NCBI GenBank assembly: GCA_976551045.1
Contig: CDPCPM010000164.1
Coordinates: forward strand, 3,348,001-3,412,000
Length of the DNA stretch: 64,000 nucleotides
Direction of reading: 5' to 3'
Origin: Glaucostegus cemiculus
Lineage: Eukaryota
In this document: in pieces, positions 47,744 through 60,326 of the stretch
Position numbering within the stretch: the stretch's first letter is position 1
Layout: each line of letters starts with the position of its first letter
Notes under the pieces: generated by a model
The model's database searches: none
The model's input: the letters and a program-made list of their open reading frames with translations, nothing else
What the model was told of the DNA's origin: nothing
Program-made: the position numbers and the translations under genes

Positions 47744-48433
47744 CTAATGATTGTTTCATCTTGGACACTTTGACTGTCACCAGCTCAAATTCTTGAACTT
47801 TATTTTCTGTGCTTTTCACTGTTTTTGTTTTAAACCCATCATTGATGTTTTTTCTCTCTTCATGACCATTTTCCAAAAACTCCTTAATCTCTGTGTAAAT
47901 CGGTTCTTCCTTGAGCTCATCTGGACCATCTATGGTTGTGTTCACCCTGTGTAAGGTTCCCCTGCTACTGGGCAAAGTTTCTCCAAACACCTGATCTAAA
48001 ACAGGCCTTGATTTTTTAGATTTGTTCACCACTGAATACAACGGCACGTCTTTATTTTTCTCAGTTTTCTCTTTTTCAGTTTTGTGATGGTTTGACTTTG
48101 TTGTTCCTCTAGTTTTGCCATTACCAGGCTGTTTGTCCAACACCTCAGATTCGGCTGTTTTGGCATCTTGCTTTGCAGCAGATGGTAGTTCTGCAGTCCT
48201 GTAGGACTCTGCCAATAACCAGTTTGACCTTACTGGACTGCGGGAAACAGGTTTAAACGAAGCACTATCGATGTCATACTTATCCACTGGTACATCTTCT
48301 AAAGCCGTGAATGGTTTAGGGTTATTTTCTTGCTGGAGTGAAGCTGAGATCTTTAACCTCTCAATTTCCTCCATCATCATTCTTTCATTTTCATAATCCT
48401 GAAATGGTTTCAAGTGGAAACCACCTCTATAAT
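47744..48433 (-). CDS. PDZD7: PDZD7 large 690-nt exon (linker plus start of PDZ3), phase 1-1
   Basis: Lies inside ORF 47487..48485, with ttttctctttaCAG acceptor and GTatgg donor. Translates DYRGGFHLKP...LEDVPVD...NWLL...ELVTVKVSKMKQSL, matching human DSRGGFYLLP, LQDVPVD, PNWLL and ELKTVTLSKMKQSL. Confidence 0.95.
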
Positions 48434-49071
48434 CTGTAAAGAGAAAATATTTCAGATCAGTAACTTTAAATTTTAAGAACACCAAGGAGGAACCAAAAGA
48501 TCATAAAATTTGAAGAATATAGGACAGTAAATGGCTACAGCTCATCCACTGTTCAGTAAGAAAATGGATAAGTTAGGTTGGGAATGGGAAGGATGATTTA
48601 TTTTCTCAGGGCTTGCTGTACTCTAAAGATGCTTGCAAAATATATGACCATTTTGATTTGGGCTAATTTTCGGACATCCAAAGGCAGCTACTTAAAGCAA
48701 GCTTAAGCCCACTGTATGTAGTAATGAGTCCCCCCACATCACTCAAGGTCCCATGTGAGAAACTAGGCTTCTCTGTGGAGCAGGTGTTGGACCTGCACTG
48801 CTCAGGTCCGTGTGCCAGGTGTCTATATGGACAAAAAAGGTGCTATGACCAGAACAACTAATTTTATTTTGTACTTTGATCGGCAACCTGAAGGAACAGG
48901 AGTGATACTGCACAGGGTTTCAGTACTAGAACTGCCAAGAACAATCAAAATTTTTAGAACTGTGCAGCAATTTTAAATTGAGCAGTTGACATTAACAATG
49001 TATTATCTTTGACACCACAGATTGTACATTAAGTAATCGGGAACTGAAGCTACACCTCGCATGGTACTAAC

Positions 49072-49143
49072 CTGGAATTGGTGTAATCAGGTGTCTCTTT
49101 GGGGTCAATCTATAATCAGCTTGCCTAAGCACTGGAGATCTCC
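49072..49143 (-). CDS. PDZD7: PDZD7 72-nt exon, phase 1-1
   Basis: cttcCAG acceptor and GTtagt donor. Translates [24 protein letters not shown], similar to human [23 protein letters not shown]. Confidence 0.93.
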
Positions 49144-49886
49144 CTGGAAGAAATATTTCATTGACAATAAATTAATCAACGTCACAAAATATGCAGCTTA
49201 TATGAGTGATGTATTTTCACTCAGCGCAAAAGTAATTTGATGGTTGGTAAGGTTGTACTTTGCTAAAGCACTGGCAATATTACGGTAATTGCCATGTGAA
49301 GATTATTTTCAGTACCGGTTCTCTTCATAACCCTGTTACAACTGCATTTTTATTATAGTGAGCATATGTAAAATATAGCATAAAATTTTAAAATGTAGAC
49401 TCAGCAAGTTAACCTTTAAGATTCACACTGAACTGGAGCAAAATATATTCAAGAATATAAAATATATAAACATTGCACAACATCACCGAATCTATTCTTT
49501 GCTCATAATTCTTTTCCATATTTTTCCAATCTCTTCTCAGAGTTGATGTTAAATCCACCCCCACCATTTGTTCACCCTCTCCAAAGCACTGACTCTCTTC
49601 CTACCTGTGGCCAGCATTAAACGTGGGAGCTGAGAAAGTCATCTGCATTACTTCCCATTGTTTATACACCATGTGGTCCAATTTCAACTTTACCTGGAGG
49701 ACGTCTTTCCGGAGATAATTCCTGTCTGGTATCCTTCCAGAAATGAAACTGGATCAGGCAGCACTTTCTCCCCACGCATGTGGCCATACCTTTGTTTCAA
49801 TTTGTCTGTGTTATTTTGTTGCAGTTGCTGGTTTTCAAAGATTTGTTAACTTGAATTTTGGTCTGCCTGGTGAGAACGGTGCAGGG

Positions 49887-50039
49887 CAGAATGGTGCAAA
49901 GAATGTAGTGCTGGAAACATTCAGCACGTCAGGATGTAATTGCCAAAGGTCGAGCTGAAACGTTGACTCTGTTTTTCTTCCCATAGATGCTGCCTGACCT
50001 GCTGAGTGTTTCCAGCACCACATTCTTAGCACCATTCTG
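49887..50039. repeat. 47-bp-arm inverted repeat built on a Penelope-derived element
   Basis: 49887-49933 and the reverse complement of 49993-50039 differ at 4 of 47 positions. Confidence 0.85.
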
Positions 50040-50409
50040 TTGTTTTGTGCTTCTAGTTGTATTTGTATTTATAATTACCATATATACCGTTTACTCTTGT
50101 GAGCTTCATGTGAACAAGGGATGTCCTGGTTATATGACAATAGCTAATCTAATCATTTTCCAATTTTATTTTCGTTATCCAGAACCTGCAGCTTTTGCTT
50201 TTCACTTGGTCTGCAGGTCATCTGTTCTCTCCACCTCTCCCCCTCTGCAACCTATAATAAGCTTGTCTTCTCACTTTTCTGATGAGGGGTCCTCAATCTG
50301 AAACTCCCTATTCTCTCCTCATTGATGGTCCCTGACTTGCTGAATACTTCTAACATTTCCATATTCTATTGAAGACAGCATGCCCAATATTCTTCTGTCA
50401 TCAGATGTA

Positions 50410-51990
50410 GTTGGGCCCCATGCAATGCCTCCCTTTTCATTGGCTACGTTGAACAGACTCTCTTCCAAGCCTACTCTGGCCCCATTTCTCAGCTCTTTCT
50501 CCACTATATTGACAACTGCATAGGTGTCACCTCTTGCAGCCTTGCGGAACTCAATAGTTTCATAAATTTCGCCACTTATTTTCACCCAGCTCTCCAATTC
50601 ACTTGGACTATCTCTGATACCTCTCTCTCCTTTCTCGACCTCTCTATCTCCATCTCAGAAGACTCTTTATCCACTGATATCTACAAACCCACTGATGCCC
50701 ACAGCTACCTTGATTACAGCTCCTCTCACCCTGTCTCTTGTGAAGACACTATCCCTTTCTCTCAATTTCTCCGCCTCTGCTGCATCTGCTCCCATGATGA
50801 GGCTTTCCACTCCAGGACATCTGAGATGTCCAACTTCTTTACTAACTGTGGCTTCCCCCCTACTGTGGTTGAGAGAGCTCGCACCCACATCTCTGCCATT
50901 CCCCACAACTCCGCTCTCACCCCCACCTCTCCCAGACCCAACAGTGATCAGGTTCTCCTTGTCCTCACATTCCATCCCACCAGTCTACGCATCCAACACA
51001 TCACTCTCTGCCACTTCCACCATCTCTAACGGGACCCCACCACCAGGCACACCTTCCCCTCCCCACCCCATTCTGCCTTTCACAGGGACCACTCTCTCTG
51101 TGACTCCCTAGTTCAGTCCTCCCTCCAAAACATCCTGCTCCCACCCCAGGGAATTTCCACTGCCCCCACCATAGGTGTAACACCTGCCCCTACATCACCT
51201 CCATCCAGGGACCCAAACAGGCAGCAATTTACCTGCACCTCCCCTAATATCATTTCCTGCATTCGGTGCTCCAAGTGTCGCTTCCTCTACATTGGTGAGA
51301 CCAAACACAGACTACGTGACCGTTTCACAGAACACCTGCGCTCTGTCCGTAACCACAATCTGCATCTCCCTGTTGCCAGTCACAGCAACTCCCCTTCCCA
51401 CTCCATAACTGACAGTCCTCGGCCTCCTCCACTGCCAGGAAAATTCCAAACACAAACTGGAGGAACAGCACCTCATTTTCTGTCTTGGGACCTTTATAGC
51501 CCAGTGATATGAACATTAAATTCTCCCAGTTTAAATAACCTAACCACCCCCTCACCCCCCCACCATGCCTCTTTTCTTCCCTTTCCTAGCCCCTCTCTCT
51601 CTCTCCTCTCCTCACCTAAATCTTTTTATTCCTCTCCTCCCCACCCCCCATGGGGCACCTGTCTCCACACCTGTGACCCATCTCCCGGTGGATCTGCTCT
51701 CCCTTCCTTCCACGAACCTACCTATCACTGTCTCTTACCTGCATCTACCTATCACCACCTTGTGCCCACCCCACCTCCCCTCTTTTGTCCACCTATCACT
51801 GCTCTGTTTCTCCCCCCCTGTATATTGGGCTTCCCCTTTCCCTATCTTCAGTCCTGAAGGAGGGTCCTGACCTGAAATGTTCACTGTTTTTCTCCACAGA
51901 TGCTGCTTGACCTGCTAAGTTCCTCCAACATCTTGTTGTTTTTTCAGCATTTTTTGTGTGTTGTTCCAGATTCCAGCATCTGCAGAATCT
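50410..51990 (+). mobile_element. Penelope-like retroelement, 5'-truncated and decayed (RT C-terminal part, GIY-YIG endonuclease, 3' region with hammerhead remnant)
   Basis: Decayed frame reads ...LFIGYVEQTLFQ...FLHYIDNCIG...FHPALQFT...LSFLDLSI...KPTDAHSYLDYSSSHP..., then CIRCSKCRFLYIGETKHRLRDRFTEHLRSV and KLEEQHLIFCLGTL. It is followed by a pyrimidine-rich tail and CAGTC-CTGAAGG...GAAA. Confidence 0.9.
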
Positions 51991-52024
51991 CTTGTGTCTG
52001 GATGAAAAGATCCTCTTTTCTGCC

Positions 52025-52220
52025 TATTCCCATCACTCCCCCCAAAATTTGCCACCCACTTACATGCTAGGGGCAATTTGCAGTTAGCAAGTGACCCACC
52101 AATGTGCACCTTTGGGATGCGGGAGGAAACTGGAGCACCGAGGTGAAACCCACATGGCCACAGGGAGAACATGCAAATGCTACACAGACAACACTGGAGG
52201 TCAGGACTGTACCTGGGAAC
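52025..52220 (-). mobile_element. HE1-like V-SINE fragment
   Basis: V-domain (catgttctccctgtggccatgtgggtttcacctcggtgctccagtttcctccc) and aaattgcccctag on the minus strand. Confidence 0.75.
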
Positions 52221-52334
52221 TCTGAATGATTTACTATGCCTGTTAATTTTAAACTATGTATAAACTTGGTGCAGAATACTGTGCAACATTGTTAATCCCT
52301 TTCAACTACTATGACTAATTGTGCAAGGTTTCAG

Positions 52335-52560
52335 ATGGAGTGCTTTCTTGAGTTGGAAGGTTGTGAATTCAAATCGCACTCCAAACACTGAGCTGACAAA
52401 CCAGCACTGTACCAATACACTCTACCAGAGTTGCCATCTTTCAGAAGAGACCCAATCTGCTATGTGAAAGGTCCCATTGCATTATTTCACAGAGGGGTGT
52501 TACCTCCAGTGTCTGAGTCAATATTTATCCCTCAATCAACATCCATAAAACAGATTGGGG
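52335..52560 (+). mobile_element. Old SacSINE1/DeuSINE-like remnant
   Basis: gaaggttgtgaattcaaat head; gtgaaaggtcccattgcattattt and caatatttatccctcaatcaacatc Deu-domain motifs. Confidence 0.65.
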
Positions 52561-52949
52561 TTGACATTTGCCTCAATCACTAAATGTGCAGCACAGTGGC
52601 GGTTTCAGAAATTCAATCCCTTTGACTTCACCCGTTGATGATAAATTACCAGATATCCAGCTCCATGGAGTACCAGCTTTGTACAAGGTCACATGGCAGG
52701 AAAATTACATCATACCAAAGCTCTAAGCATCATACACAGTAGAAAAGACATTGTATTCTTTGTAAAACCACTAAGGCCTTTCTTCTGCTAACTCATATAT
52801 ATGTAGGACTCTACTGCAGTTTTCTACTGCAAGTTCAGTCTATGTGTAAATGAATCACCTGATAATGTTTAGCAAAAATGATCAGCTAAAATTGACACAG
52901 TAGCACATGATAAAATATTACAACGCGAGAGAATTTCTAGCCCAACATC

Positions 52950-53380
52950 TTCTGGAAGTCACATTTTACTGCACATAACTCCATTCAATAAATTAATTGC
53001 TTCCTTATGGAACTTTTCCAGATTCATTAAGCCTTGTTTTCCTTTTGTGAAATCTGCCTCTCTGTACCTGATTAGTTTCTCCTTATTTAGATAGTTAATA
53101 ATTGCATCTTTAATTAAATATTCTAAACTTTTTCCCACCATTTTGTTAATCTAACTAGCCAATTTAACTTTAATTCCCTTTAAGAAAAAAAGCATTTCAT
53201 GAGCTACTGTCCAATCCTCTGGTACACAGACACACTCAGTAGATCTCCTAAGTGCAGTGTTGAGGGCCTCAAGTTTGTCCTCTGTTCTCTTCAGGGTCTT
53301 TGAATTTATCTGATCAGATTCTGACACTATATTCTCTTTTAGCTGAACCTGCTTCATCATCAATTATGTTGGACTTTTGT
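52950..53380 (-). mobile_element. Old CR1 RT N-terminal fragment
   Basis: VPEDWTVAH..LF.KG and VGKSLEYLIKDAI..YL.....I......FTKGK..L.NL motifs. Confidence 0.7.
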
Positions 53381-54234
53381 TTGATTTATGTTGGACTTCA
53401 CTGAGAAGCATGTAAAAGGAAGCACACTCAAAAAGAGAAAATGTGATTTGACAACATGTTTCCATTAGCTTGTAATTTATGAAGAACTGTGATCTTGATG
53501 ACATGTTAATTTCTTTTTGCCTGTTTAATTTACATATAAATTTAAGGCATTATTTCTGAAATAGATACAAAATCTCATGCTGTTTTAGCAGCTGAGAAGA
53601 TAATATTACATTAATGCATAATTTGAAAAATTCATGCAGCATCATAATGAACACAAGAAGCAAAACCCATACAGACTCAGTTAAAAGTATGTGTAGAAAT
53701 TTAGATTTGTGTTTAATTAGTAACTTTTTTTTATCCTTTTATATTCATGTTAACTAATTGACCCAGAGAAGAGTCTGGGCCCATTTTCAGCATAACCCAC
53801 AAAGTTTGATTGAAATTTGTCCTTGGGCTGCATCAATATACTAGGCTTGAGGTGCCAACACTCATCATACTTCTGCAGGCAGCTAGGTGAAGACATCAAC
53901 GCCTTGGGCCTCAGCTAAGACCTAAGAAAAAAATGGAGGAGATGGGCAGAGGACTATTCTGCTCCAGATCCTGCTGACAAATATTAAAAGGAGGTGTCAT
54001 GGAGACAATTTGTATGGGAGAGGTTTGGAGGGATTAGTCCACCTGCAGGTAGATGGGACTAGGCAGAAGATCAGATTGGCATGGACTGGCTGGGCTGAAG
54101 TGCCTGCTTCTGTGCTGCACTGTCTATGACTGCCCTCTGGAAGACTTTCCAACCTCTAAAACCCACAACCTGCTAGGGAACTGTTCCAAGGTCTAATCAC
54201 CCAAAGATTTTGTTCCCCACCCACCTACATAGAG

Positions 54235-54820
54235 ACACAGTCATAGAGTCATACAGCATGGAAACAGGCCCTTCAGCTCAACTTATCCATGCCGACTGTG
54301 TTGCCCAGCGAGCTAGTCCCATCTGCCCATGTTTGGCCCATAGCCTCTAAACCTCTCCTATCCATGTACTTACCTAGATGGCTTTTAAACGTTGCTAATG
54401 TGCCCACCTCAACCACTAGTTCTGGCAGCTTGTTCCAGATACACACGACCCTTTGCATGAAGAAGCTGCCCCTTATGTCCCTTTTAAATCTCTCGCCTCT
54501 GATCTTAAACCTATACCCTCTTGTTTTTGTAGCCCCTCCCTGGGAAAAAGACCGTGTACTTTCACCCTGTCTATGCCCCCCATGATCTTGTATACCTCTG
54601 TCAGGTCACCCCTCAATCTCCTACATTCCAAGGAATAAAGTTAAGTTTACACAACCTCTCCTTGTAACTCAGGCCCCCCAAATCCAGGCAACATCATGCT
54701 AAATCTTTTCTGCACTCTTTCTGGTTTAATAACATTTTTCCTATAACAGGGTGACCAAAATTATACACAATATTCCAAGCGCAGTCTTACTAACGTCTTG
54801 TGTAACTGCAACATAAACAA
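54235..54820 (-). mobile_element. CR1 3' fragment
   Basis: QRVVCIWNKLPELVVEVGTLATFKSHLGKYMD; colinear with 19205-19720. Confidence 0.88.
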
Positions 54821-55342
54821 TGACATAATCCTTCCTAACTTCAACTAGGATCTAGGTGCAGTTCTTGTAAGTGAGACCTCTGAGTCAAAATCTCCAATTC
54901 CTGATGATAACAGCATATTTCACTGCCTGCTTAGATACCAGGACACACAATCAATGCCCCAAACTTAAAACTGTTTGCTGAAACCTCTGAAATCTTCAGA
55001 TCATTATCCAGATCTGAACAGCAAGGCTGTTGATGATGAGCCAAAAGAACCTAAATTATTCTCAAGTTTATTTGAAATTGCCATCATCCATCCAAATATC
55101 AGGTGACAAATAAGAGTTTAGAACTCATCGAAAGATGTGTTAAACCCTCACTGTCAATGTACAAACATGTCCATGTGCACAGAAGATTCAGAACATATTC
55201 AGCCACCTTCAAATATCAAGCAAAGCTATTTTATGATGCCAGAGAATTTCTAACTCAAGAACTCAAAATATTTCAACTGCTTTGTTGACTGTAAGCGATC
55301 TTTCTCTCATAACTTCTCACCACTCTTGTACAACTTTCCCAC

Positions 55343-55434
55343 CTGCTCTGATCTTCAGAATATCATATGCTTCCAGTTCATAAGGCATGACCATACTGTC
55401 GAACCTCCCTAGGTCAGTTGGTCCAATGATGGTC
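55343..55434 (-). CDS. PDZD7: PDZD7 exon, end of harmonin-homology domain, phase 2-1
   Basis: Pyrimidine tract plus AAG acceptor, GT donor. Translates [30 protein letters not shown], similar to human [30 protein letters not shown]. Confidence 0.95.
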
Positions 55435-55789
55435 CTTTGGAGATAAGAAAGATACAATAAAACACAATCAGAGACAAATATATCCAATGGGTAAATACCA
55501 GAACTTTACAGAGGACTGAAGCTGCTTTATTTAAGAAAATATACAGCAGAAGAATAATAACTAAATATATTAAATCATATTTATAACAGATTCAGACAAT
55601 AATTACAAACATTTGTGGAGTGCTCCAACTTTTAGGATGATGTTTGTCATGTATAATTGCTCCAGGTTACCAATTACTCTGCTAAATATTTCTTTCCCCA
55701 AATACAAACAGGAAGATGAAAATAAGCAAACTTAACATACAACTCCATTTGATCCTTTTCAAATCTCTCAGATCCCCACCTTCTGGGCC

Positions 55790-56150
55790 ATGCAATCTTT
55801 TTGCAGCTACCATCAGGCAGAAGGTACAGAGCCTGACGTTCCACACCACCAAGTTCAAGAACAGTTACTTCCCTTCAACCATTCTGTTCTTGAACCAACT
55901 AGCAAAACCCTAATCACTACAGGTTTGCAACACTGACCACTTTGATCACTTTGTACTAAAATGGACTCTTTTTTGTTCTAATTGTGTTCTTTCTTGTAAA
56001 CATTGTGCATAATTTAAGTTTAATTTATGTTTTTCTTGTGAATGCTGCTTATGTGATGCCATGTGCCTGTGATGCTGCTGCAAGTACAATATTTCATTGC
56101 ACCTGTGCAAATGTGTACTTGTGTATATGACTATAAACTTGACTTTGACT
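55790..56150 (+). mobile_element. Rex1/Babar 3' fragment
   Basis: LPSGRRYR / HTTKFKNSYFPSTI.FLN plus tail tgtatatgactataaacttgactttgact. Confidence 0.8.
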
Positions 56151-56924
56151 GAGAGGTTCTTGAAATGACTGAAGACAGGTGACTCGGGCTATTCAATTCT
56201 CTATCATTTCATTGACAGTGGCATTAATCATTTACCCAATGAGTGGTGGTTTAAATTGGAGCAATTTCACACCGCATCAGTTTTCTAGTGGAGAGAATAT
56301 ATCGTGCTGAAAAGAGGTAACACACCAATTTTCCCCACTGAATTAACTTCAACTACGCTTGACAAATTTTAGTGGCACACATCCCTCACGCACAAAGAAT
56401 CAATCAGTGCTCTATGAAGTGGGTATCTTTATTATCTGAAGCAAGATTAGGTGGTAAAGCCCATCAAAATCATGAAACTATTTTGAAATAATAAACTGTT
56501 AATTTTATCTTTCACAAAATGTTTGTTTGGTCTAATAATTTGTGGTAAGTTCTTATAAAGTTATTTGAACTCAAAGTTAAACATTTTCTTTAATGTAAGA
56601 GGTAGTTTCAACAAAATATTCACATCAAATTGAAAAAACTGTTAGGCATTTTGTACAGCTTGTCTCATAGAAACTATACAACACTGTAATTACCGCTGCC
56701 CTTGCATAAATTGGTCTTTTATTTCCTTCATTGATGAAAGGTGTGGAGTTTATTATTTCTTGCTAATTACACTGCCAAAAAATTCAAGACCAATAATTTT
56801 CATGTTTGTGCAAATGAGGGATATTTGAAATAAACCATTGGGTGAGACATATTGGTATATGAATTACTTGAATATTTAAATACTGCAGTAAATTATTCAA
56901 AGATCTCGGTGATTATCGTGTTGA

Positions 56925-57250
56925 CCTTCGCTGAGTGGTAGCACTCGCCTCTGAGTCATAAGGTTAGGGTTCCAATTCTAATCCAAAGATGTGCTCATAA
57001 TCTGCATCAACATTGCTGAAGGAGTGCTGCACCAGAGGTACACAGTCTTTTAGATGAGACATTTAAGAGAATATCTGATGCAAAAGGTTAATGGAGTTTT
57101 GTCCCCCCCCCCCCCACGAGCTGCTTTCTCAACCTGCACTAAAATAAATAGACTACCATGTCTCCCCACGTTACTGAAGTAACCACATTTCATTGTAAAT
57201 AATTGGAAAATCCTTCAGCTTTGAAGAAATATGAATGCAAGTTGCTTTCT
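56925..57250 (+). mobile_element. Old SacSINE1/DeuSINE-like remnant
   Basis: gtggtagcactcgcctctgagtcataaggttagggttc head, ctgaaggagtgctgcac and tcttttagatgagacatt, tail atgaatgcaagtt. Confidence 0.6.
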
Positions 57251-57675
57251 TCCTTAAAACCACACAGCCCTATGCATCAACCTGCAAAAGGCGTTCTTTT
57301 CTCATAGCAGGAAAGCCATTATTCCAACCTATTACAGCTGTCACCTGCACACACCAAGAAAAATTCAAACCACTTCAAAACAAAATGTATTAAAATGACC
57401 AAGAATTCGTCATATGTGGTGTCACAGAGTGTAAATTCTCTACCATTATCCTGCATGGTGCACTGGTGCATTCTGATATTTTATGCAACCTCTTGTGATC
57501 ATTAATTCACAAATGTTTATGTGATTTAATGTAGAGAAATTTGTTTGCAGTCAGTATGAAAGGTTGTCCTTGTCTCAAATAAATAATTATTCAACACTTT
57601 TGTCCTTTATTAAACATAAAGGGAACACTAAAATTGTTATGTTATTCATATCCTGCATTGCACTTTTCCTCTTAC

Positions 57676-57767
57676 CTGATTTCTCGCAATATTAGGAGCT
57701 TCTCTGGTTTATCTAATATATGAAGTAGAGGCCGCACCAGATCTTCCACCCCACCACCTGAAACATA
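57676..57767 (-). CDS. PDZD7: PDZD7 exon, harmonin-homology domain, phase 0-2
   Basis: AG...GTAAG bounded. Translates [31 protein letters not shown], similar to human [31 protein letters not shown]. Confidence 0.95.
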
Positions 57768-57935
57768 CTATACACAGAAATGATTCTAAAGTGCAAATTA
57801 TTGTAAATAAAATGTAATTAACTTTGCACCAGCTACAACTAGTATTTGTGTAACAAGCAACAAACAATCTGCTCGGACTCCTTTCTCACCACTTCCCTTC
57901 TCCTCTTTGTACCGGCCATCTTGCCTCTCTGCTCT

Positions 57936-57972
57936 CAGTCCTGATGCAGGGCTTTGACCCGAAATGTCGACA
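57936..57972 (+). ncRNA. Degenerate minimal hammerhead motif within a Penelope-derived short repeat
   Basis: CAGTC-CTGATGC-A-GGGCTTTGACCC-GAAA-TG-TC-GACA, a core variant CUGAUGC with a GUC triplet. Confidence 0.5.
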
Positions 57973-59086
57973 ACTTCTCTCCTCCCGCAGATGCTGCTCA
58001 ACCCGCTGAGTTCCTCCAGCAGATTGTTTGTCGCTTCAGTATCTGCAGTCTTTTCTGTGTCTCTTATTTGTATAACAATTTTAACATAGTAAAGCATCCC
58101 AAATTTAATCACGCAGCCCCACCAAAAAATATCAGGGCAGGTGCTCAAATGCTGGGTGAAAGAGATAAGGTTTTAAACAGCATCCTAATGGGGGAGGTGT
58201 TCAGAGTAGTAGTTCCAGAGCTCAGGCCCTGAGCAGTTGAAAACATAGGTACCAATGGTTGAGTAATTCAGTTTGAGGATGTGTTGACTAAAGTGCCCGT
58301 TTTGGTTGGGATCAGACACGACACTGATTAAAATAGTTACAATCTATTCCTATATATGGCAATAAAAACCAAAACATTAAAAAATCGATTTGGTACAGAG
58401 ACGAGGAAAAACTTTGCACTGCGCATTGTGGAATGCACCAAGGGAGTAATGCATTACAACAAAGTATATTTGCTGGAAGTGCTGTTTAAATTCTGTTTTT
58501 TTTTGCTTCGCATCCAGCTAGGTTTGGTGGCTGAGCAGCAGCAAACGTGGTGAACGGCCACAAATAGGTTTGACGTGTAGTTCAAGTAAAGGGGGTTACA
58601 GGAATGCAGGAACTTGCATTATTACGGGGCCGAATTCAGGCTAATTCCCAGCATCGTCTCTTTGGCTTGAATGGTCCATTTCTATTGTACAATTTCTTCA
58701 TAATACTATGTAGAAATCCATGGAATATTATTTTAATGCCATCTAGTGGAAGGTTAGACATTAAGAAATTATCAATTTTTATATTTTAGCGTTTATCCAT
58801 ATTTTTCAATGAGTTCCTCTGTGTACTGTATGCAATTATATCACAAACCTTAACACAGAAACAGTTTATGAGTTTATTACATGCTCTCCTATGGTGCATT
58901 TGGGAGGAAAGGACATTTTGCAGCAGACTGATTCATTGCATATATCTAACTTCCTTGTGAAAATATTTGTAACAATTTTGTTAGCACTTTACTCAACAGT
59001 ATGATGTTACAATACTGATTTTATATGTGTGAGTGAACAAAAATAGTCTGTTGCTGCAGTGTTTATCTGCAATTTCAGTAAAATAT

Positions 59087-59425
59087 AGTCATAGAGAGAT
59101 ACAGCATGGAAACAGGCCCTTCAGCCCACCGAGTCCATGCCATCCATCAATGATCCTACATGAATCCCATTTTATTCTCTCCACATTCCCATTGATTCTC
59201 ACCAGATTCTACCACTCACTTACACAGTAGGGGCAATTTACAGTGGCTGATTGATTGGTCAACCTGCTCGTGTTTGGGGTGTGGGAGGAATGACAGCATC
59301 CAGAAGAAACCTATGCCATCACAGGGAGAACATGCAAACTCCATACAGATAGCACCCGAGGTCAGGATTGAACCTGTGTCTCCGGCTTTGTGGGAGAGTA
59401 GCTCTACTAGCTGTGCTACTGTTGG
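59087..59425 (-). mobile_element. HE1-like V-SINE with CR1/HER1 tail
   Basis: tRNA head with GGTTCAATCC, V-domain, and tail atggactcggtgggctgaagggcctgtttccatgctgtatctctctatgact. Confidence 0.85.
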
Positions 59426-59722
59426 CAGGAGGAATTCAAAAGAGGTTGAGAACTTTTCGTTTAAGATGGTAGGAGATCAGCAAGGACAGGGAGATTTAAT
59501 GTAACGTGGGATTGGAATTTAATGCTGATCAGAAAATGGGTAGCTGCGTTCTGGGAATTTGGAATTTGGAAAATGGGAGGAAAGGAGGGGGAATAAGGCA
59601 GGAGTGATAAAAGGGTAGGGGAGTCAGTGGCAGGGCAGAGCAGGAAGTGGAAATATGCCTTGGTAATAGACAGGAGTGGGAGCTGCATCTTAGCTCAAGA
59701 TTGCCATATTTAAGGGAATTAC

Positions 59723-59886
59723 CTGTTTACAGTGACGCAAAATGGCATTTACTTCATCTTGATTCAGGAGTTTCCTTGCAATGTCTTCAATCACAGCTAG
59801 GCAGTGAATATATGTGTCTGTTGTGGAGAGCCCATTTTGGTCTGTCTGAGAGCCCGAAATTTTAAAGCGATGGCCTCTTTCTTTAT
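59723..59886 (-). CDS. PDZD7: PDZD7 exon, start of harmonin-homology domain, phase 1-0
   Basis: AG/GT bounded. Translates DKERGHRFK...VIEDIARKLLNQDEVNAILRHCKQ, similar to human DQERGR...[24 protein letters not shown]. Confidence 0.93.
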
Positions 59887-60326
59887 CTAAAATGAGGGGT
59901 AAGCACAAACATCTGATTACATTCATAAAGAGGGAGAACTCAATGAAACAAAGAGACTAGAATCACTCAACGATGAGCCGAAGGGATCCATGCATACATT
60001 TATTAAATATAGATTTTGACATGCTGTGAAAAACACACAAAAATCCTTGTTGAGCAAAGTTTGCTTATTCAATGTGAAAAAATTAATGAAAAATGCAGTA
60101 AGAACAGAATTCCTCCACAATGCAATAGTTCTTAAAGTTATTATATACAGGATGTGCTCCCTACTTAATGGAACCACAAGTGCTTTTATATTCTTTAAGA
60201 GAAAGAATAATGACAAAACAGAAGATTCCACAGGAACTTCAATGATCATGAAAACATTATCTGTTGAATAGGTCCAGGAACAGGTCAAAATTATGATTTA
60301 ACTCCAAGCATATTGCAAACATTTAC

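Noticed and set aside
47487-48485. 332-aa ORF as a stand-alone single-exon gene
   Set aside because: It is the 690-nt PDZD7 exon (47744-48433) plus intronic read-through on both sides; the 3' extension runs into a Penelope-derived repeat and similarity to PDZD7 stops at the splice sites.
49694-49805. Extra PDZD7 cassette exon ending at a CAG|GTAAAG donor
   Set aside because: There is no pyrimidine-rich acceptor and no similarity to PDZD7, and the flanking exons already join in phase and match the known protein without it.
19205-54820. Segmental duplication between 19205-19720 and 54235-54820
   Set aside because: Similarity is confined to the CR1 sequence and ends at its boundaries, so these are independent insertions of one subfamily.
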